DNA of 64,000 nucleotides from Torpedo marmorata. Taxonomy: Eukaryota. The stretch is taken from NCBI GenBank assembly GCA_977017645.1, contig OZ360226.1, positions 62,310,001-62,374,000 on the forward strand, in the 5' to 3' direction. Numbering within the stretch: position 1 is the stretch's first letter; each line of letters begins with the position of its first letter. A program made the translations under genes and the position numbers. Positions 62,536 to 64,000 of the stretch are shown in pieces. Below the pieces are notes generated by a model. That model searched no databases and was not told the DNA's origin. It saw nothing but the letters and a program-made list of their open reading frames with translations.

Positions 62536-64000
62536 CATCAGCTAAAGTAATTACAAATGGACAAATATCGCCAAAATTTTCTCTAACACGCTCTACGAGA
62601 CAGGGATGTCCCCTGTCACCAGCCTTATTTGTTTTGGCGATAGAACCTTTGGCTGAATTAGTTAGAAAAGATTCTAAGATAGTGGGTATTAAAGTTGGTA
62701 CGGAAAAACATAAGATTAGTTTGTTTGCAGATGATGTATTGATATATATGACAAAATCTATTATATCACTTCAACAACTATCTATCATATTAAGAGAGTA
62801 TGGTGAAATATCTGGATATAAAATTAATTCTGATAAAAGTGAAATAATGGCTTTATCTCAAGGTGATTATACTAGTAAAGAAATTACACAATTTAAATGG
62901 GCTAAAGAAGGAATTAAATATTTGGGAGTTAAGGTTGATACAAAATTGGAAAATTTATATAAATTAAATTATCTACCATTATTTATGAAAATAAAGAAAG
63001 ATTTAGAGAATTGGAAAGATTTACCCATAACTTTAATGGGAAGAGTAAATTGTATTAAAATGAATATTTTTCCAAGAATTCAGTATTTTTTTCAATCAAT
63101 TCCTTTTGGAATTCCTCAAATTTTTTTTAAAGATTTAAATTTTATTATTAGGAAATTTTTATGGAAAGGAAAGTTAGCAAGAGTAAGTATGGAAAAATTA
63201 TCTTGAAATTATGAGATGGGTGGATTGCAACTTCCTAATTTTCAAAATTATAATAAAGCAGCCCAATTAAAATTTGTTAATGAATTTTTTGATTCAACTA
63301 AATCTTCTGCTTGGATTAAAATAGAATTAAATAATATAGGAGAAGATTTTAAAGAAGAAATTAATTATAAATGGGATTCTAAATTAATATCAATAAAAAA
63401 GAAAAATTCACCAATTATTAAACATTTGCTAGAAATATGGGGTAAGACGGATAAAGAAATAGGTGGAAAAGGATTGATTTCTTCAAATACGCCATTATAT
63501 CAAAATGGACTTATACCATTTACTGTTAATAATCAGTTACTTAATTTGGTTTCAAAAAGGTATTAAGAAGATTAGTGATTGTTTTGAAGCTGGAAAAATT
63601 ATTATGTTTCAAAGAATGAAAGATAAATTTAATATATTAGATAATACATGTTTAGCTTATTATCAAGTTAAAGCTTTTTTGACTGAGAAATTAGGTTATG
63701 CTTTGATGTTACCTAGACAAAATAAGTTAGAATTATTAGTTACTAATGGAGATGTCAATAAATTCATTTCTCGAATGTATAAATTGTTTCAGAGGAAAAT
63801 GCCTAAAATAGGATTGCATAAATCAAGATTAAAATGGGAATTAGATTTAAATGTAAATATAGATGAAAATCATTGGAAAGATTTATGTAAGTTAAGTATG
63901 ACGAAGATTATTAATGTTAGATATAGACTAGTACAATATAATTTTTTTCATCAATTATACTTAACACCTAAAAAACTAAAGAAATTTAATCCGACATTAT
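62536..64000 (+). mobile_element. AT-rich L1-clade LINE, 5'-truncated in the RT, running off the window end
   Basis: Motifs RQGCPLSP, LFADD and KYLG; homologous to 728..2845, with stops and frameshifts. Confidence 0.95.

Overview
Vertebrate genomic DNA, most likely from a shark or ray (HE1/V-domain SINEs, Deu-domain SINEs, shark-type CR1 and Penelope-like elements). I see no host protein-coding exon, so this looks like intergenic or deep intronic sequence, and every long ORF is transposon-derived. The window holds four copies of an AT-rich L1-clade LINE, and an older L1 hit by three nested insertions. It also has young and old CR1 LINEs, Rex1/Babar 3' ends, a hAT fossil (KIAA1586/ZNF862-like), a complete Tc1 (DD34E, IR/DR ends), a full-length Mag-type Gypsy element (256-bp LTRs, 5-bp TSD), a solo LTR and a 5S-derived SINE. 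A Neptune-type Penelope-like element (PLE) with pseudo-LTRs is present, together with many PLE-tail derivatives. Three observations stand out. (1) A minimal hammerhead-ribozyme fold recurs in about 13 PLE tails, with compensatory base changes between subfamilies. (2) Short fold-back, TSD-flanked elements are built from two inverted PLE tails. (3) The Gypsy element has no tRNA primer-binding site: that position is instead complementary to its own LTR poly(A)-signal region, and its RT motif reads YLDN rather than YxDD. A CpG-rich, repeat-free block at about 61.2-62.0 kb is a candidate host regulatory element. All family assignments come from motif recognition by eye; no database search was run.
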